From the IMG/VR virus record IMGVR_UViG_3300042922_000258, positions 1 to 60,974 of that record: a DNA stretch of 60,974 bases; one strand, 5' to 3'. Of this stretch, positions 20,126-30,769 are shown one piece after another. Each line of letters starts with the position of its first letter. Position 1 is the stretch's first letter. The stretch is from a virus (Duplodnaviria > Caudoviricetes). Under the pieces are notes generated by a model, which saw only the letters and a list, made by a program, of their open reading frames with translations, was not told where the DNA came from and ran no database searches. The position numbers were made by a program, and so were the translations under genes.

Positions 20126-20271
20126 TCATCCCAAAAATATACTCACCACAAGTCATATCCTCCGGCTTTTCACACCACGGCTTATAATCACACATCGTAC
20201 AATGTTCTTTCGTGATTAAATTACGTTTGAGGAAAATCTGCTGCGCTTCAGTGCATTTGATCTCAATCAGA

Positions 20272-20505
20272 TTAACCGCCTCCGTTCAATTTATCTTGGA
20301 GATATTTTTTCATTAATTTTACGAAGTCAACATATGTCGCATCTTTGCAAGCTTCGTTCCATTTATCAACAAATTCATTGGGGGCATCATTGTATCCTTG
20401 TTCGTAGTCCATGCCTTGGAGTTTTGTTTTAATGTACATTTCTCGGATGCAGCCAATGATTATCAAAATACAACAAATTGATATTGATAAATCTAATCTG
20501 ACCAT
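20272..20505 (-). CDS. Small membrane-anchored hypothetical protein
   Basis: Hydrophobic N-terminus. Confidence 0.45.
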   Translation of the reverse strand: MVRLDLSISICCILIIIGCIREMYIKTKLQGMDYEQGYNDAPNEFVDKWNEACKDATYVDFVKLMKKYLQDKLNGGG

Positions 20506-20508
20506 TAC

Positions 20509-21060
20509 TTAATCACCGCCTAACAATTGAATGATTTTCTTGCCCGTTTCTTTCTTGTCGCAAAATTCAAATTGAACCTCGTATTTCTCACTTATCGTTG
20601 ATAGCATTTTAAATAATTGCTCACCGCTTGTCGGTGGAGGTTGGATTTTCGCACCGTGGCTTTTTAATTCCATAACCTCTGTTTGAAAATCACTTTCTTT
20701 TGGTATGCCGTATTGCAATCTGATTTTTTGTTCATATTTGAATTGGCGCGGATTTTTCCATTCCTTAATATCTTCGAGTGACTTAATTTTTCCGCCATGT
20801 TCACAAAGGATAATTAATTTAATTCCCATCGTTTGCGCTCTTGCGAGTTCATCCTTAAACCTTTTATGTTGTTGGCAGAGATTTCCACATAACTCGGTTA
20901 AATTCTGTTTGCGGTCAATACAGAGCCTTGCGTTGTCGAGGGATTGATAATCGCCGCAGAATAATTTCGAGGTAAAGTATTTAATTCCTTGGCTGTCAAA
21001 CTCGGTTAAAATTTTCGTGATTGCCTTGGCTTTTTCTCGGCTATCGATTTGGATTTCCAT
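20509..21060 (-). CDS. ERCC4-domain nuclease
   Basis: IDSREK, GDY, IDRKQ, F..EL.RA motifs. Confidence 0.85.
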   Translation of the reverse strand: MEIQIDSREKAKAITKILTEFDSQGIKYFTSKLFCGDYQSLDNARLCIDRKQNLTELCGNLCQQHKRFKDELARAQTMGIKLIILCEHGGKIKSLEDIKEWKNPRQFKYEQKIRLQYGIPKESDFQTEVMELKSHGAKIQPPPTSGEQLFKMLSTISEKYEVQFEFCDKKETGKKIIQLLGGD

Positions 21061-21445
21061 TAGTCGCCTTATCCTTTCTTGGCTTATAAATCTTTTCACC
21101 GTAAACATACTCCTCATTTTTTCTTTGTTTATCAATGACTTGCTTCAATCGATCGACAAATGCCTTGTTCTGTCCGATTTCAAAAAACCTTACTATTTCC
21201 TCGTACTCCTTGACGGCATTTTTATTCTTCCTTCGAATGGTACGAAGTCTATGTAATTTTGTGGCTAGTTTATTCCGCTCCGCTTTATTTGCCGCGTCCT
21301 CAATCTCATGAAGTAAATCCTGTTGGAGCTTGTCGTAATCACCGACCGCATTGTAAGCGGTCTGGTAATTGGATTTTGCGGTGTCGATGAAATTGAGGAA
21401 AGTTTCTATGTAGTGGGAGGGTGGTGGGGTTTTGTTAGTTGTCAT
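21041..21445 (-). CDS. Hypothetical coiled-coil protein
   Basis: QDLLHEIE...RRKNK...YKPR pattern common in Firmicute phages. Confidence 0.6.
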   Translation of the reverse strand: MTTNKTPPPSHYIETFLNFIDTAKSNYQTAYNAVGDYDKLQQDLLHEIEDAANKAERNKLATKLHRLRTIRRKNKNAVKEYEEIVRFFEIGQNKAFVDRLKQVIDKQRKNEEYVYGEKIYKPRKDKATNGNPNR

Positions 21446-21461
21446 AAGTTTTCACCATTCC

Positions 21462-21893
21462 TTAATTGAAAGGGAGCTCCGAATCGTCGATATTCCCCGG
21501 GATTGACATAAATCCATTATTCGCATCCGCAATACTTGGTTCCTGTTTATGTTCAGCTTGTCCACCGCCAGAACCCTTGCTTTCGGCAAATTCTACATTT
21601 TCTATTGCGATGTCAGTGGTATAGATTTTCACGTTGTCCTTGTTCAAATACGAGCCTGTGTTGATGCGCCCCTCGACAATCATCTTCATTCCCTTGGAAA
21701 AATATTTCTCTACAAATTCGGCAGTTTTTCCGAATGCTACACAATTTATAAAATCTGCTTCTTGTTCTCCGGCTTTCTTAATTCTCCGGTCAATGGCTAA
21801 TGTCCATCTTGCTACCGCCATTGGGTTTTCACCTTGTGAATATCTTGTCTCTGCATCTCTGGTCATGCGACCACACCCTATAAATTTATTCAT
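21462..21893 (-). CDS. ssb: Single-stranded DNA-binding protein
   Basis: ADFINCVAFGKTAE, VEGRI, acidic C-terminal LPFN. Confidence 0.95.
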   Translation of the reverse strand: MNKFIGCGRMTRDAETRYSQGENPMAVARWTLAIDRRIKKAGEQEADFINCVAFGKTAEFVEKYFSKGMKMIVEGRINTGSYLNKDNVKIYTTDIAIENVEFAESKGSGGGQAEHKQEPSIADANNGFMSIPGNIDDSELPFN

Positions 21894-22164
21894 TGTTGTT
21901 TCCTCCGTTTTCTTTAATTAGTTTTAGTGCCTTTATAACTTGTCTTTGCAATTTCTTGGCTGTTTGCTCTAACTGACTGTCCGTGAGCATTTCGCCGAAC
22001 ATGAGTTGAAGCCTTGCTTCTCTTAATTTTTCTAAGCGTTCAGCTTTTGCACCAAGCGTATATCCTTGCTGATTAGCCTGTGTTTCTAATGGTTCACACA
22101 ATGCACCATATCCGAATGTTACTGATTTTTCACTCATAGCTTTTTCCTTTCTCAAAACGGGCAA
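21886..22164 (-). CDS. Hypothetical protein
   Basis: ORF in operon orientation. Confidence 0.55.
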   Translation of the reverse strand: MPVLRKEKAMSEKSVTFGYGALCEPLETQANQQGYTLGAKAERLEKLREARLQLMFGEMLTDSQLEQTAKKLQRQVIKALKLIKENGGNNNE

Positions 22165-22898
22165 ATATTAAGCGGTATTTCCAATCCCTTATCTGCCACA
22201 TAGACGGCTACATTTTCGCCGACAACTTCCTGTATTTGTTGCTTAAATAATTTTTCATCCGAGTTACCATTTGAAAGATGAAGCAAAACCACGCTGTCAA
22301 GACTAGATGTTTTATTGGCTTTAATAAATTCCTTCGTTGTCCCGATTTCCATATGCGTGCGGAGAGTTCGATCTATTCTGGCTTGGTCAATTACTCCTAA
22401 TCTCAAATACTCATTTACGATTTCCTCGGAGTAATTTGCTTCAACCATGATTGTATTGACCGCAAGCTTCTTGAAATTATTTTTTATGTAGGCAGTATCA
22501 GTAGCAAATAGGAGAGTACCGATATCATCATGTCGTATTAAAAATCCATAACACTCTACATCATGGAAACATTCGAAAGGAGTTATATTAAATCCTCCGA
22601 TTTGATACCAATAACCCAACTTTACGACCACCTGATTATCATATTGCCTTGACAGTGATTTTTGAGTTTCTTCACTTGCGTAAACTGGAATTCCACATTT
22701 TAGATATTCTTCAGCATATCCGAAATGGTCCTTGTGGAGATGAGACCCGACCACTCCGACAATCTTCAGGATATCAAAACTCAAAGCCTCTTTAACTTTT
22801 TTGAATGGAATGCCCGCCTCGAGGACAAGGCATTCCGTATCGTTTTCTAAGAGATAGCAATTACCCTTGCTTCCCGAGGCGAGACATTGCAATTTCAC
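22152..22898 (-). CDS. Metallo-beta-lactamase-fold hydrolase (nuclease partner of the annealase)
   Basis: SGSKGNCY, HLHKDH, HDV, TDT, EANY, LLHLS. Confidence 0.9.
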   Translation of the reverse strand: MKLQCLASGSKGNCYLLENDTECLVLEAGIPFKKVKEALSFDILKIVGVVGSHLHKDHFGYAEEYLKCGIPVYASEETQKSLSRQYDNQVVVKLGYWYQIGGFNITPFECFHDVECYGFLIRHDDIGTLLFATDTAYIKNNFKKLAVNTIMVEANYSEEIVNEYLRLGVIDQARIDRTLRTHMEIGTTKEFIKANKTSSLDSVVLLHLSNGNSDEKLFKQQIQEVVGENVAVYVADKGLEIPLNICPF

Positions 22899-22899
22899 A

Positions 22900-23604
22900 T
22901 TATCCCTCCTGTTCAAATACCGACTTCTCCGGCTCATTCTTCTTCGGTTCGACTACATCCGCCTTGACAGTTTCATTTTTGATCGGTTCAGGCTGTGTAA
23001 ATTCAACCGAATTAGCATGATAAATTTCAGCATTTGCCTGTCCAACTTCACGATATTCAACGTCAATTACTTCTTCGTAGGTCTGAATTCCAAGTGTTAA
23101 CTCTGGACAATTTAGTCTAGCAAAGAACGCGGCGGCTCTGTATCTTATCATTAACTCCGGCATCGTCTTCCACTTGCTGCCATTCTTGTCAACCCATCCC
23201 TCGGCTTTTGCCATGGCATATGTAACCGTCATGCCCTCAACTCTATGACCGTCTTTGGCTTCAGCAAACGCAAGGCAAGATAAATCTCCTTTGGATGCGG
23301 ATCCCTTTAATTCGAATTGAAGTTCCGTTTTGTATTTTCCGGATGCATTAATCACGCCGATCAAATATGCGCTTCGGAAAGCCGGTCTGCCATAAATCAC
23401 ATCGAGGTTCTGCATAATCATAAGCGGTGAAGTATGTAATCTCTCGGCCATTTCAATGGCTATGATTGTATTACATGCATTTCCTTGAAACTCCTTTGGA
23501 ACAATTGTTGAGCGCGCCAGAGTTTCAGCCATCTTTCCGGCTAGTGTAAATTTTTCTTGGGATGAAAAAATACTTGTGTTTTGGGTTGTTGTTAAATCGT
23601 TCAT
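22900..23604 (-). CDS. RecT-like single-strand annealing recombinase
   Basis: IVPKEFQG, MQNL..IYGRP, W..MPELM.RYRA; lies between the Rad50-like ATPase and the MBL nuclease. Confidence 0.75.
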   Translation of the reverse strand: MNDLTTTQNTSIFSSQEKFTLAGKMAETLARSTIVPKEFQGNACNTIIAIEMAERLHTSPLMIMQNLDVIYGRPAFRSAYLIGVINASGKYKTELQFELKGSASKGDLSCLAFAEAKDGHRVEGMTVTYAMAKAEGWVDKNGSKWKTMPELMIRYRAAAFFARLNCPELTLGIQTYEEVIDVEYREVGQANAEIYHANSVEFTQPEPIKNETVKADVVEPKKNEPEKSVFEQEG

Positions 23605-23870
23605 TATTTGGTTCCTCCTAATTTGGTGATGATTTCATCGAGTGCCTTATCTAAATCCGAAACATAATCCTTAAAAATAATACTCTTAATTCTTTCCTCT
23701 ACCGGTACTTCTTCTTGTATGCCAGAACTCCAATTCCAGTGACAATGGACGAACCAATCTAATTTGTTTATGTTTCCACATTCCGACTTAGATACATTAG
23801 CATTTCTAATTAGAATAGAACCCTTGCCGTCAAGCAATCGTACTATTTCCTTAATTTTATCTAATGCCAT
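23604..23870 (-). CDS. Hypothetical protein
   Basis: RBS aggag. Confidence 0.55.
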   Translation of the reverse strand: MALDKIKEIVRLLDGKGSILIRNANVSKSECGNINKLDWFVHCHWNWSSGIQEEVPVEERIKSIIFKDYVSDLDKALDEIITKLGGTK

Positions 23871-24041
23871 TTTTCTATTCCTCCTTTTCTACAATTGCAA
23901 ATATAAGATTTTGTCTAACACAATCCGGACAATGCAATGATGGGTAAGGACAACACACATCTTTTTCTTTCAAGGGACAAATACTACTGTCGACCATTAT
24001 TTGAACCAATCTCTCCTTTTCCTGTTCTGTGCAAACAATTA

Positions 24042-24284
24042 TCATTCGAATACCTCATCTTTCTTTAATCTGCTTCTCTTAATCTGTATTGCCAAAGCAG
24101 AACGTTTTAAGATTTCGGACAATTCAACATCGGTTTTATCGGAATTAAGAATTAAATCCATCTCCTGAATTGTCCAATCTCTTGCCGGATATCCTTGTGT
24201 CTTGGAATAATTACGTTTTCTTTGTTGGTTACGGATGACTCTTGCTTTGTCTTTATCTTTGTATGATTTTATCCATGTTGGCAT
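24042..24284 (-). CDS. Basic HTH/Myb-like DNA-binding protein
   Basis: WTIQEMDLI...ELSEILKRSALAIQIKR. Confidence 0.55.
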   Translation of the reverse strand: MPTWIKSYKDKDKARVIRNQQRKRNYSKTQGYPARDWTIQEMDLILNSDKTDVELSEILKRSALAIQIKRSRLKKDEVFE

Positions 24285-24298
24285 ATGCAGTCCTCCCC

Positions 24299-24568
24299 TT
24301 AATCGCAATACGAACGGTTACAATGAGGGCATCCAGTTACTAATTCAGTACTTGCTTTTTCGACCGAAATTCCAGTTATGTATTTGCCGGTTATTTCATG
24401 CGTTTGCCAATCTCTTTGGTCGTGTTCAATCGGCTTGTAAATGTTTTGATGGCATTTCCAACAAACTCCACTACTCGGTGCAAAATGCGGATAACCTTTC
24501 ACTTGACAGTATTCTCCTTGTGCCTTTGCGGCTTGACTTACATCATAAGTTTTGTTAGTACCTTCCAT
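24299..24568 (-). CDS. Cys-rich hypothetical protein
   Basis: PHFAP..GVCWKC...TGCPHCNRSYCD. Confidence 0.65.
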   Translation of the reverse strand: MEGTNKTYDVSQAAKAQGEYCQVKGYPHFAPSSGVCWKCHQNIYKPIEHDQRDWQTHEITGKYITGISVEKASTELVTGCPHCNRSYCD

Positions 24569-24786
24569 TATTCCGTTGCCTCCTTCTTAATCTGCCCGAA
24601 AATCTCCTTAACTCTCTCGGGTTGCAGGATATTGCTAATCACTTCAAATCCCACGACAATCCCTTTAACTTTTTCCGTCACCATGACCATTTCGCCAAGT
24701 TGAACATCGAGAGAAGTTTTGTAAACATACGTACCGCCGGTTGGGATGCCGGATTTTAGATATTGGATTTTGATGTATCTATTCAT
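24568..24786 (-). CDS. Hypothetical protein (small beta-barrel-like)
   Basis: Coupled ORF. Confidence 0.55.
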   Translation of the reverse strand: MNRYIKIQYLKSGIPTGGTYVYKTSLDVQLGEMVMVTEKVKGIVVGFEVISNILQPERVKEIFGQIKKEATE

Positions 24787-25423
24787 GCGATGCAGCCTCC
24801 TTATTGAAAAAGTCCAAGTTGGATGTAAACTCTATGGTTCCGCCGTCAATGGAAACAAACTCAGCCACAACCTTATCAATTTCTCTTAACGACGATGACT
24901 CATATTCTCCGGCTTCTTCGTTGTATTTTTCGAACCAATTTTCTACTCCATCATCAACACTGGTATTTTTGAAAATGAAGCATTCGTAATCATCGGATAA
25001 GTTTTCGACGTCATTCGCAATCTCCAGCCATCTTTCTTTGATGTGCTCTTGTTCTAGTGGATAGTTGCCCTCTTTGGTTTGGTCGTACCTTGGATTAGCT
25101 TCTAAAAATTGTTTAATTCCATCCGCTACAACCTTTTTATCCTTGACAAAGAATATTTGCTGATTGCTCATTTCCCAAATAATGCGGTCAAATAGTGTGT
25201 TGCAATTATTGATTTTATTGTTTAGATTTTTATGTAATTCGCCACCGTCAAAACTACCAATCAAACTCTTTTTAAACCCATACGGCGTTTGAATTTCAAA
25301 ATGAAGATATTTATCTAGTAAAACATCCCATGCGATAGGCGAGAATAACCATGAGTTTCCGTATTCCTTTAATTCCTCGCCTACATAATTCTTATCCATA
25401 ACCCACAAACTACTACGACTCAT
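24779..25423 (-). CDS. Hypothetical protein
   Basis: 214 aa ORF, RBS ggaggg. Confidence 0.65.
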   Translation of the reverse strand: MSRSSLWVMDKNYVGEELKEYGNSWLFSPIAWDVLLDKYLHFEIQTPYGFKKSLIGSFDGGELHKNLNNKINNCNTLFDRIIWEMSNQQIFFVKDKKVVADGIKQFLEANPRYDQTKEGNYPLEQEHIKERWLEIANDVENLSDDYECFIFKNTSVDDGVENWFEKYNEEAGEYESSSLREIDKVVAEFVSIDGGTIEFTSNLDFFNKEAASHE

Positions 25424-25425
25424 TT

Positions 25426-27384
25426 TTACCCCTCCACTCTAATTTCCGCATCGTCGGAAACTGACAATAGTATCATTTGACAATCCATATTCGGAATATT
25501 AAAATCATTAAACCGCTCCTTGTTGTCCACGAATATAGGAGCCTTAACGCTAAAAATTTCTTGCAAGGTTGAAATTATATCCATTCCTGCCATAAGTTGT
25601 TCGGTAGATGAAGTGGTGTTTTCTCCGTATGGACTTCCATGAACCATAGGGATACATACGTTTTCAACTCCATCATTTTTCTGAACTCTGAATAATAACC
25701 ACTTGACAAGCTTGAATTTAGAATTGATGTTTTCGGATAGTAGGTTCATACGAGCCTTCTCGAACTTCTCCAAGATGAAATCTAATCTTTCACACTCAGC
25801 AGCCTTACCGGTTGCAACCCTTAATTCCTCTCGGAGTTCCTCGACTCTATCTTTTGCTTCTTCAATGTGTATCTTGGATGACAACACGCCTTTGACTATT
25901 TCCATTTGGCTTTGAATTTCGGCTTTCTGGGCGGTTAAATTTGCTTTAAGTGTATTTGTATCGATTAGGCTTTCTTCGGTCTCTTTTAAGGCAAATTCGA
26001 GAGCAGTAATGCTAGCCTTGTATCCTAAATAGATTGCGTTCCCAGACAAATCGATCTCGGGTGGGGTAGTGGATAGCTCTGCTTTGACAGCAGCTTCTTC
26101 TTCGGTTAATTTCAAAACCTCTGCGGTCAAGGTTGATAACTGGCTTTCGAGTTCTGCAAGCTTCAGCCTATTCGATGCTAAATCCTCGGAAATCTTCTTA
26201 CCATCCAAATTGATCTGGTGGAGTTTGGCTTTCTTATCCTCTTCAAATTTCACCAATAACTCAGCTTTTTTGTCTACATCGAACTCATTACCACATACCG
26301 GACAGAGGTTTTGCACCTCGTCAAACTCCTTGGCTTTCTCTTCGTAATATCTCTTTTTCGTGACTTCATAGGAAATTTCCCAAGCGGAGATTTTTTCTTT
26401 GAGTAATTCAATTTCTTTGGTGATAGTGTTTTTCTGGTTCGCCTGTTTAAGTAGGCTATAGCTGATACCGTCAAGCTTTGATACAACTTCTCGTTTTTTC
26501 GTTGACAGCAAGTCTTTTGCGGTTCTCTCGGTTTCGTCAATCTTAGTTTTGTAATCGGCTATTTCAGATTTCAGCTTCCCGACTTCCTCATAGGATTTCG
26601 ATGTATCGGATAGCTTTGTCTCAATAGTGGTTGATAATTCCCTCAGTGCTGCTAATGCTAGTTCCTGAGCTGAAAAATCAATCTCAATAATTGACTTCGA
26701 TACTTCATCAATACGAACCGGAATGGTTTCCTGTTGTTGCTTGTAACCTTGCAATGCCTTCTTATTGATCGCTTTGATTTCCTCGATGGATTTACCTTCC
26801 GTTTCCATCTTTGACCGTAATTCGGAAAAACTGCCGTCAAGGGAAAAAACATCTGCATCCGTGATCTGCGCGACTTTCTCAACTAGGAATTTTCTCTGGT
26901 CGTCTTGCTTCTTTGATACGAAAGCATGAGGATTTGTTATCATTTTGAATACTTCATCGTCGATAATCTCGGCAACTTTCTTCTTGTGGTCGGCTTCTTT
27001 GGTCGGAACTTCATTCCAGTAATATTCGTTGGTGTCGCCTTCATAGGTTTCAATCTCGGCACCTCTCTTGCGAACCCAATTTTGTTTCTGAACTTTGCGG
27101 ATTGTGATTTCTCTGCCGTCAACCGAAAGGGTGATTTCTCCAACTACATCAACATGGTCAATTGGAACTCCGTCTTTGTCATATCTACGAGGACAAAATT
27201 GTTTACCCTCGGAATTGCCAGTGGAAGATTTGCCGAACAACACCCAATTGAAACAGTCAACTATACTTGATTTACCTCTATAATTTTGTGCGAACACTCT
27301 TGTTAATTGAGTAAAGCTTAATGTGATGATCTGAAAAATCTTGAAATTCTCCATATGTATTGACTTTAGAATTATTTCTCTCAT
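25426..27384 (-). CDS. Rad50/SbcC-like coiled-coil ATPase
   Basis: MENFK, variant Walker A AQNYRGKSS, long coiled coil with CPVC zinc hook, PIFVDN Walker B. Confidence 0.85.
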   Translation of the reverse strand: MREIILKSIHMENFKIFQIITLSFTQLTRVFAQNYRGKSSIVDCFNWVLFGKSSTGNSEGKQFCPRRYDKDGVPIDHVDVVGEITLSVDGREITIRKVQKQNWVRKRGAEIETYEGDTNEYYWNEVPTKEADHKKKVAEIIDDEVFKMITNPHAFVSKKQDDQRKFLVEKVAQITDADVFSLDGSFSELRSKMETEGKSIEEIKAINKKALQGYKQQQETIPVRIDEVSKSIIEIDFSAQELALAALRELSTTIETKLSDTSKSYEEVGKLKSEIADYKTKIDETERTAKDLLSTKKREVVSKLDGISYSLLKQANQKNTITKEIELLKEKISAWEISYEVTKKRYYEEKAKEFDEVQNLCPVCGNEFDVDKKAELLVKFEEDKKAKLHQINLDGKKISEDLASNRLKLAELESQLSTLTAEVLKLTEEEAAVKAELSTTPPEIDLSGNAIYLGYKASITALEFALKETEESLIDTNTLKANLTAQKAEIQSQMEIVKGVLSSKIHIEEAKDRVEELREELRVATGKAAECERLDFILEKFEKARMNLLSENINSKFKLVKWLLFRVQKNDGVENVCIPMVHGSPYGENTTSSTEQLMAGMDIISTLQEIFSVKAPIFVDNKERFNDFNIPNMDCQMILLSVSDDAEIRVEG

Positions 27385-27450
27385 TCTTTATTGCCCTCCT
27401 TATTTGATATCATGGGAGCCTATCGCTAAACTCCCATGATTGAATTGGTG

Positions 27451-30009
27451 TTACTGGATTTTTTTGATGCCTTTTTCGCCTATGCAAAACGCTTTACCAT
27501 TTGACAGCACCACATAATAGTCTCCGCCAAAATCATGTTTACCTTGTCCTACTACGATGCCAGTGTCGCCGTTCTTGGGGCTATATCCCTTCACGAATTT
27601 GGATGTGAAGTCTTTTGCATTGGTTTCAATAAACGTACGGTAATAACTACATGTTTTGCCACTGTCAACAACCCTGACGGTATCGCCAACCTCGATCGTT
27701 TCGGGTGTTGGCTCGGATTTAATCTCTGGATTGATTTCTGGTTGATAATTTTCAAGGACTACATATTCGTTTAAGTTGGCATATTTACGGATTTTGTTTT
27801 TGTAATATGCACATCCATCAAAATATGTATAATCTGACTTAACGACTTGAAGAATGTCACCGTTTTTGTATTCGTTTTCTCCGCTGCCATTATTCGCTAC
27901 AATCTCGATATACTCACCGATTTCAGCCTTACGAGAAACTCTCTTAACCTCTGGCTTGGCTTCTTCGATGATGATGTATTCTTGGTGACGGTCATAAAAC
28001 CAATTTTTATGATCACCCTGTACGGCATCACTAGCTACCGATGTTACTGTTTGAACATCTCCATTATTAACCACTGGACCATGTCCACTATTAACCTTAA
28101 CCACCTTAATTTTGTCGCCAACCTTTGCTTTTTGGAAAGGCTGCTTGACAATAGGCTCTTCCTTGACAGTGGGTTCTTCGGGTATGTAGTTTTCAAGGAC
28201 GACATATTCAGTGCCGGTTAGTTTAGTTTGGTTTTTTAATCCATAATGATTACCTTTTGCTTTAATGATTATGTAATAGTTACTTACATCAACTACGCAA
28301 GCGATATCTCCGTTTTTATAGCCATGACCAGTAGCGTGAATAACCTTAATCCATTCCCCAACCCTTGCCGGACGTTTGACTTCCTTGACAGTGGGCTTGT
28401 CCTCTGGGATGTAACCTTCGAGAACGACATACTCGCTTTCCTCTAAATAGCAGCCGATTTCATCTTTGTAATGAGGATGTTTCCATGTAGTGGGGATAAT
28501 TTGCAGTATGTCACCGTTTTTGTAATTATCCTTGGTGTTATGGGCATTAACAACCCTTACCCACTCCCCGGCCTTTGCATGGCGTTTAGCTTCCTTGACA
28601 ACAGGTTTTATAGTTGTTTCTGTAGGTTCAACAACTTTGCCCTCGAAACATTCATTTGACCAAGAATGATATGTATGCGTTCCGCCTTTATATCTCATTG
28701 CGCCAACTTTCTCGGCGTACCAAGCATCAACGATTTCAATGATTGTTCCGGCTTGCGATTTCATTTCGTTTAAAATAGTCAAATCTTTAAAATCTGATAT
28801 TTTGTTTAAATTCTCACGAACCTTTACTTTATCGCCGATTGCGTATGAAGATTGCTTGATGATGACGGGTGATGGGATTTCTTTGACGGTGGATTTTGAT
28901 GGGGTGTAGTCGATTTTGTTTTTTTTATCAGCAGTACCGTACATCAATCCACCATTAGAGTCGCAACTATACGATGTTTTAAATTTGTAGGCTTCCCATC
29001 TGGTTTCTTTTTGCTCTGTAATTGGTCTTTGACCAGTACACCATTTAATTCCATGCTCATCACATTCCTTCAAAAACTCCCTAGCCTTTTCCACGGTATC
29101 GCAATGCACTGCGAATTTGCCGGATTTGAAGGATTGCCAATCGAACATGTCTGTATGTTCTGCGTATGCCTCAATTTCATCTTCACCTACATACCAACAT
29201 TCACTTCCGTTGTATTTTTTGCCATTAATAGTGATGGCTTTCCATTTTGGACAGTGACCCGATTCAATAAGTTTGATAATTTCACCTATTGGAAAACAAT
29301 GTCCGGATTTTTTCGCAACAACTTTAACCTTATCCCCAACCTTAAAATCCTTTGCTGTCAATGAAACATCCTTCACAGCTTCTGCAACTTTCTTTACCGC
29401 TTTCACAACCGGAGCCGCATCAATTGTCACGGTGATGTTTTTCACATCCTCACCCATCAATCTCTTGACAGCCAGTTTCTTGCCGATCTCAAAATCAAAT
29501 ATGTCTGAAGGATTGCAAGTTGCTTTTGCGGATTTAACGAACTTCCCATTCTCGGTCAATGTTGCAATTACTTCTCTACCTTTTGCGGTAATGGTAATTA
29601 GTTGAGACTGTGGTTCAAATAATTTCAGACTATCTGCAAAATGCCAATAACATTTTTCTGTGTTGCGATGAATTCCATGAATACCATTGCCGTCATGCAG
29701 TCCCGGTATGTGACTATCGTATTCAACTAAAGTATCGCATCCGCTATTTCCAGAATAAATCACAGTGCCTTTTCCAAATTTCTTATTTAAAATTTTGTCT
29801 CCGACATTAAATTTCAAATCTTTTTCCTCCTTAACTTCTTCAACCTTCGCCCAGTTATTAGTTTTCTGAAAGTCCTCAACACTTTCATATCTGCAACTTT
29901 CAAATCTATCCAGCATCGTTACCCCATTGACAAATTCGTAAACCTTACCCTTTGTTAAAAGTCCATCTTCACTTTCCAATGCTCTCATTTTGAAATTTCT
30001 CTTAATCAT
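27451..30009 (-). CDS. Large tandem-domain protein (repeated KVGD/E-x-V-K-V SH3/KOW-like modules)
   Basis: Repeated VKEVKRxAxxGEWIxVV...YKNGDI...EYVVLE units and other KVGDK modules. Confidence 0.75.
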   Translation of the reverse strand: MIKRNFKMRALESEDGLLTKGKVYEFVNGVTMLDRFESCRYESVEDFQKTNNWAKVEEVKEEKDLKFNVGDKILNKKFGKGTVIYSGNSGCDTLVEYDSHIPGLHDGNGIHGIHRNTEKCYWHFADSLKLFEPQSQLITITAKGREVIATLTENGKFVKSAKATCNPSDIFDFEIGKKLAVKRLMGEDVKNITVTIDAAPVVKAVKKVAEAVKDVSLTAKDFKVGDKVKVVAKKSGHCFPIGEIIKLIESGHCPKWKAITINGKKYNGSECWYVGEDEIEAYAEHTDMFDWQSFKSGKFAVHCDTVEKAREFLKECDEHGIKWCTGQRPITEQKETRWEAYKFKTSYSCDSNGGLMYGTADKKNKIDYTPSKSTVKEIPSPVIIKQSSYAIGDKVKVRENLNKISDFKDLTILNEMKSQAGTIIEIVDAWYAEKVGAMRYKGGTHTYHSWSNECFEGKVVEPTETTIKPVVKEAKRHAKAGEWVRVVNAHNTKDNYKNGDILQIIPTTWKHPHYKDEIGCYLEESEYVVLEGYIPEDKPTVKEVKRPARVGEWIKVIHATGHGYKNGDIACVVDVSNYYIIIKAKGNHYGLKNQTKLTGTEYVVLENYIPEEPTVKEEPIVKQPFQKAKVGDKIKVVKVNSGHGPVVNNGDVQTVTSVASDAVQGDHKNWFYDRHQEYIIIEEAKPEVKRVSRKAEIGEYIEIVANNGSGENEYKNGDILQVVKSDYTYFDGCAYYKNKIRKYANLNEYVVLENYQPEINPEIKSEPTPETIEVGDTVRVVDSGKTCSYYRTFIETNAKDFTSKFVKGYSPKNGDTGIVVGQGKHDFGGDYYVVLSNGKAFCIGEKGIKKIQ

Positions 30010-30011
30010 AA

Positions 30012-30233
30012 TTACTTCCTCCCTCTATTCTTTAAAAAGTTGATAAGTTTCTGAAATGGCTTGTCCTTCTTTGGAATGTTTACCTTGGCTTGCTGATTGT
30101 TAAGTCGCTTGGACTTAAATTTCCATTTGCCTTGGCGTATTCTGAGTTCTTTCCATAGGTAACGGAACAGCTCAACGCCTCCGTGTTGCTTGTATGCTTT
30201 ATGCCTTAAAATTGATCTCTGCAATTTTCTCAT
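30012..30233 (-). CDS. Basic hypothetical protein
   Basis: ORF with RBS. Confidence 0.5.
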   Translation of the reverse strand: MRKLQRSILRHKAYKQHGGVELFRYLWKELRIRQGKWKFKSKRLNNQQAKVNIPKKDKPFQKLINFLKNRGRK

Positions 30234-30302
30234 TGATTTGCATTCCCCTTTCTGATATGATTAAAATAGAATATTTACCTTTGCCCCTTTTGGTTTGCCG
30301 AC

Positions 30303-30533
30303 CTATTGGGGTTTTCTTTTGTATAAACCTTGCCATTCGCTTACATTTTCTTCGTGGTCAACCAGAACCTTGTGAGCCATCATGCAAATTAGCGTGAGTA
30401 ATGCGAATAAAATTTCAAGCATTAGGACTATTATCCATTCCTTGACAGCATCACCATAAAGAAACGGCGTGAAGAACAAACAAGTGAAAAATATTATTCC
30501 GAACATAATGCAGATTGCTTTTAAAATTTTCAT
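30303..30533 (-). CDS. Two-TM membrane protein
   Basis: Two hydrophobic helices. Confidence 0.55.
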   Translation of the reverse strand: MKILKAICIMFGIIFFTCLFFTPFLYGDAVKEWIIVLMLEILFALLTLICMMAHKVLVDHEENVSEWQGLYKRKPQ

Positions 30534-30757
30534 TCGACTTCCTCCGTCCTTTGGATTATCATCTCTGAGACTGAGGCACCATTGACTGAAGAAAAACTAT
30601 AAACAAAACCGCTGTCAATGCAAAACGCTGAGTAATATTCGTCGCTGTCTACTGCAATGTTGAGCATTCCAATTTCATTTTCCTCGGCAATTTTCTGGAT
30701 TGCTTCAAGGTGGGGTTTTAATTGTTCGGTGATCGCGGTCCATTGTGATTTATCCAT
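30530..30757 (-). CDS. Hypothetical protein
   Basis: RBS ggaggtg. Confidence 0.55.
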   Translation of the reverse strand: MDKSQWTAITEQLKPHLEAIQKIAEENEIGMLNIAVDSDEYYSAFCIDSGFVYSFSSVNGASVSEMIIQRTEEVE

Positions 30758-30769
30758 ATCAACACCTCC

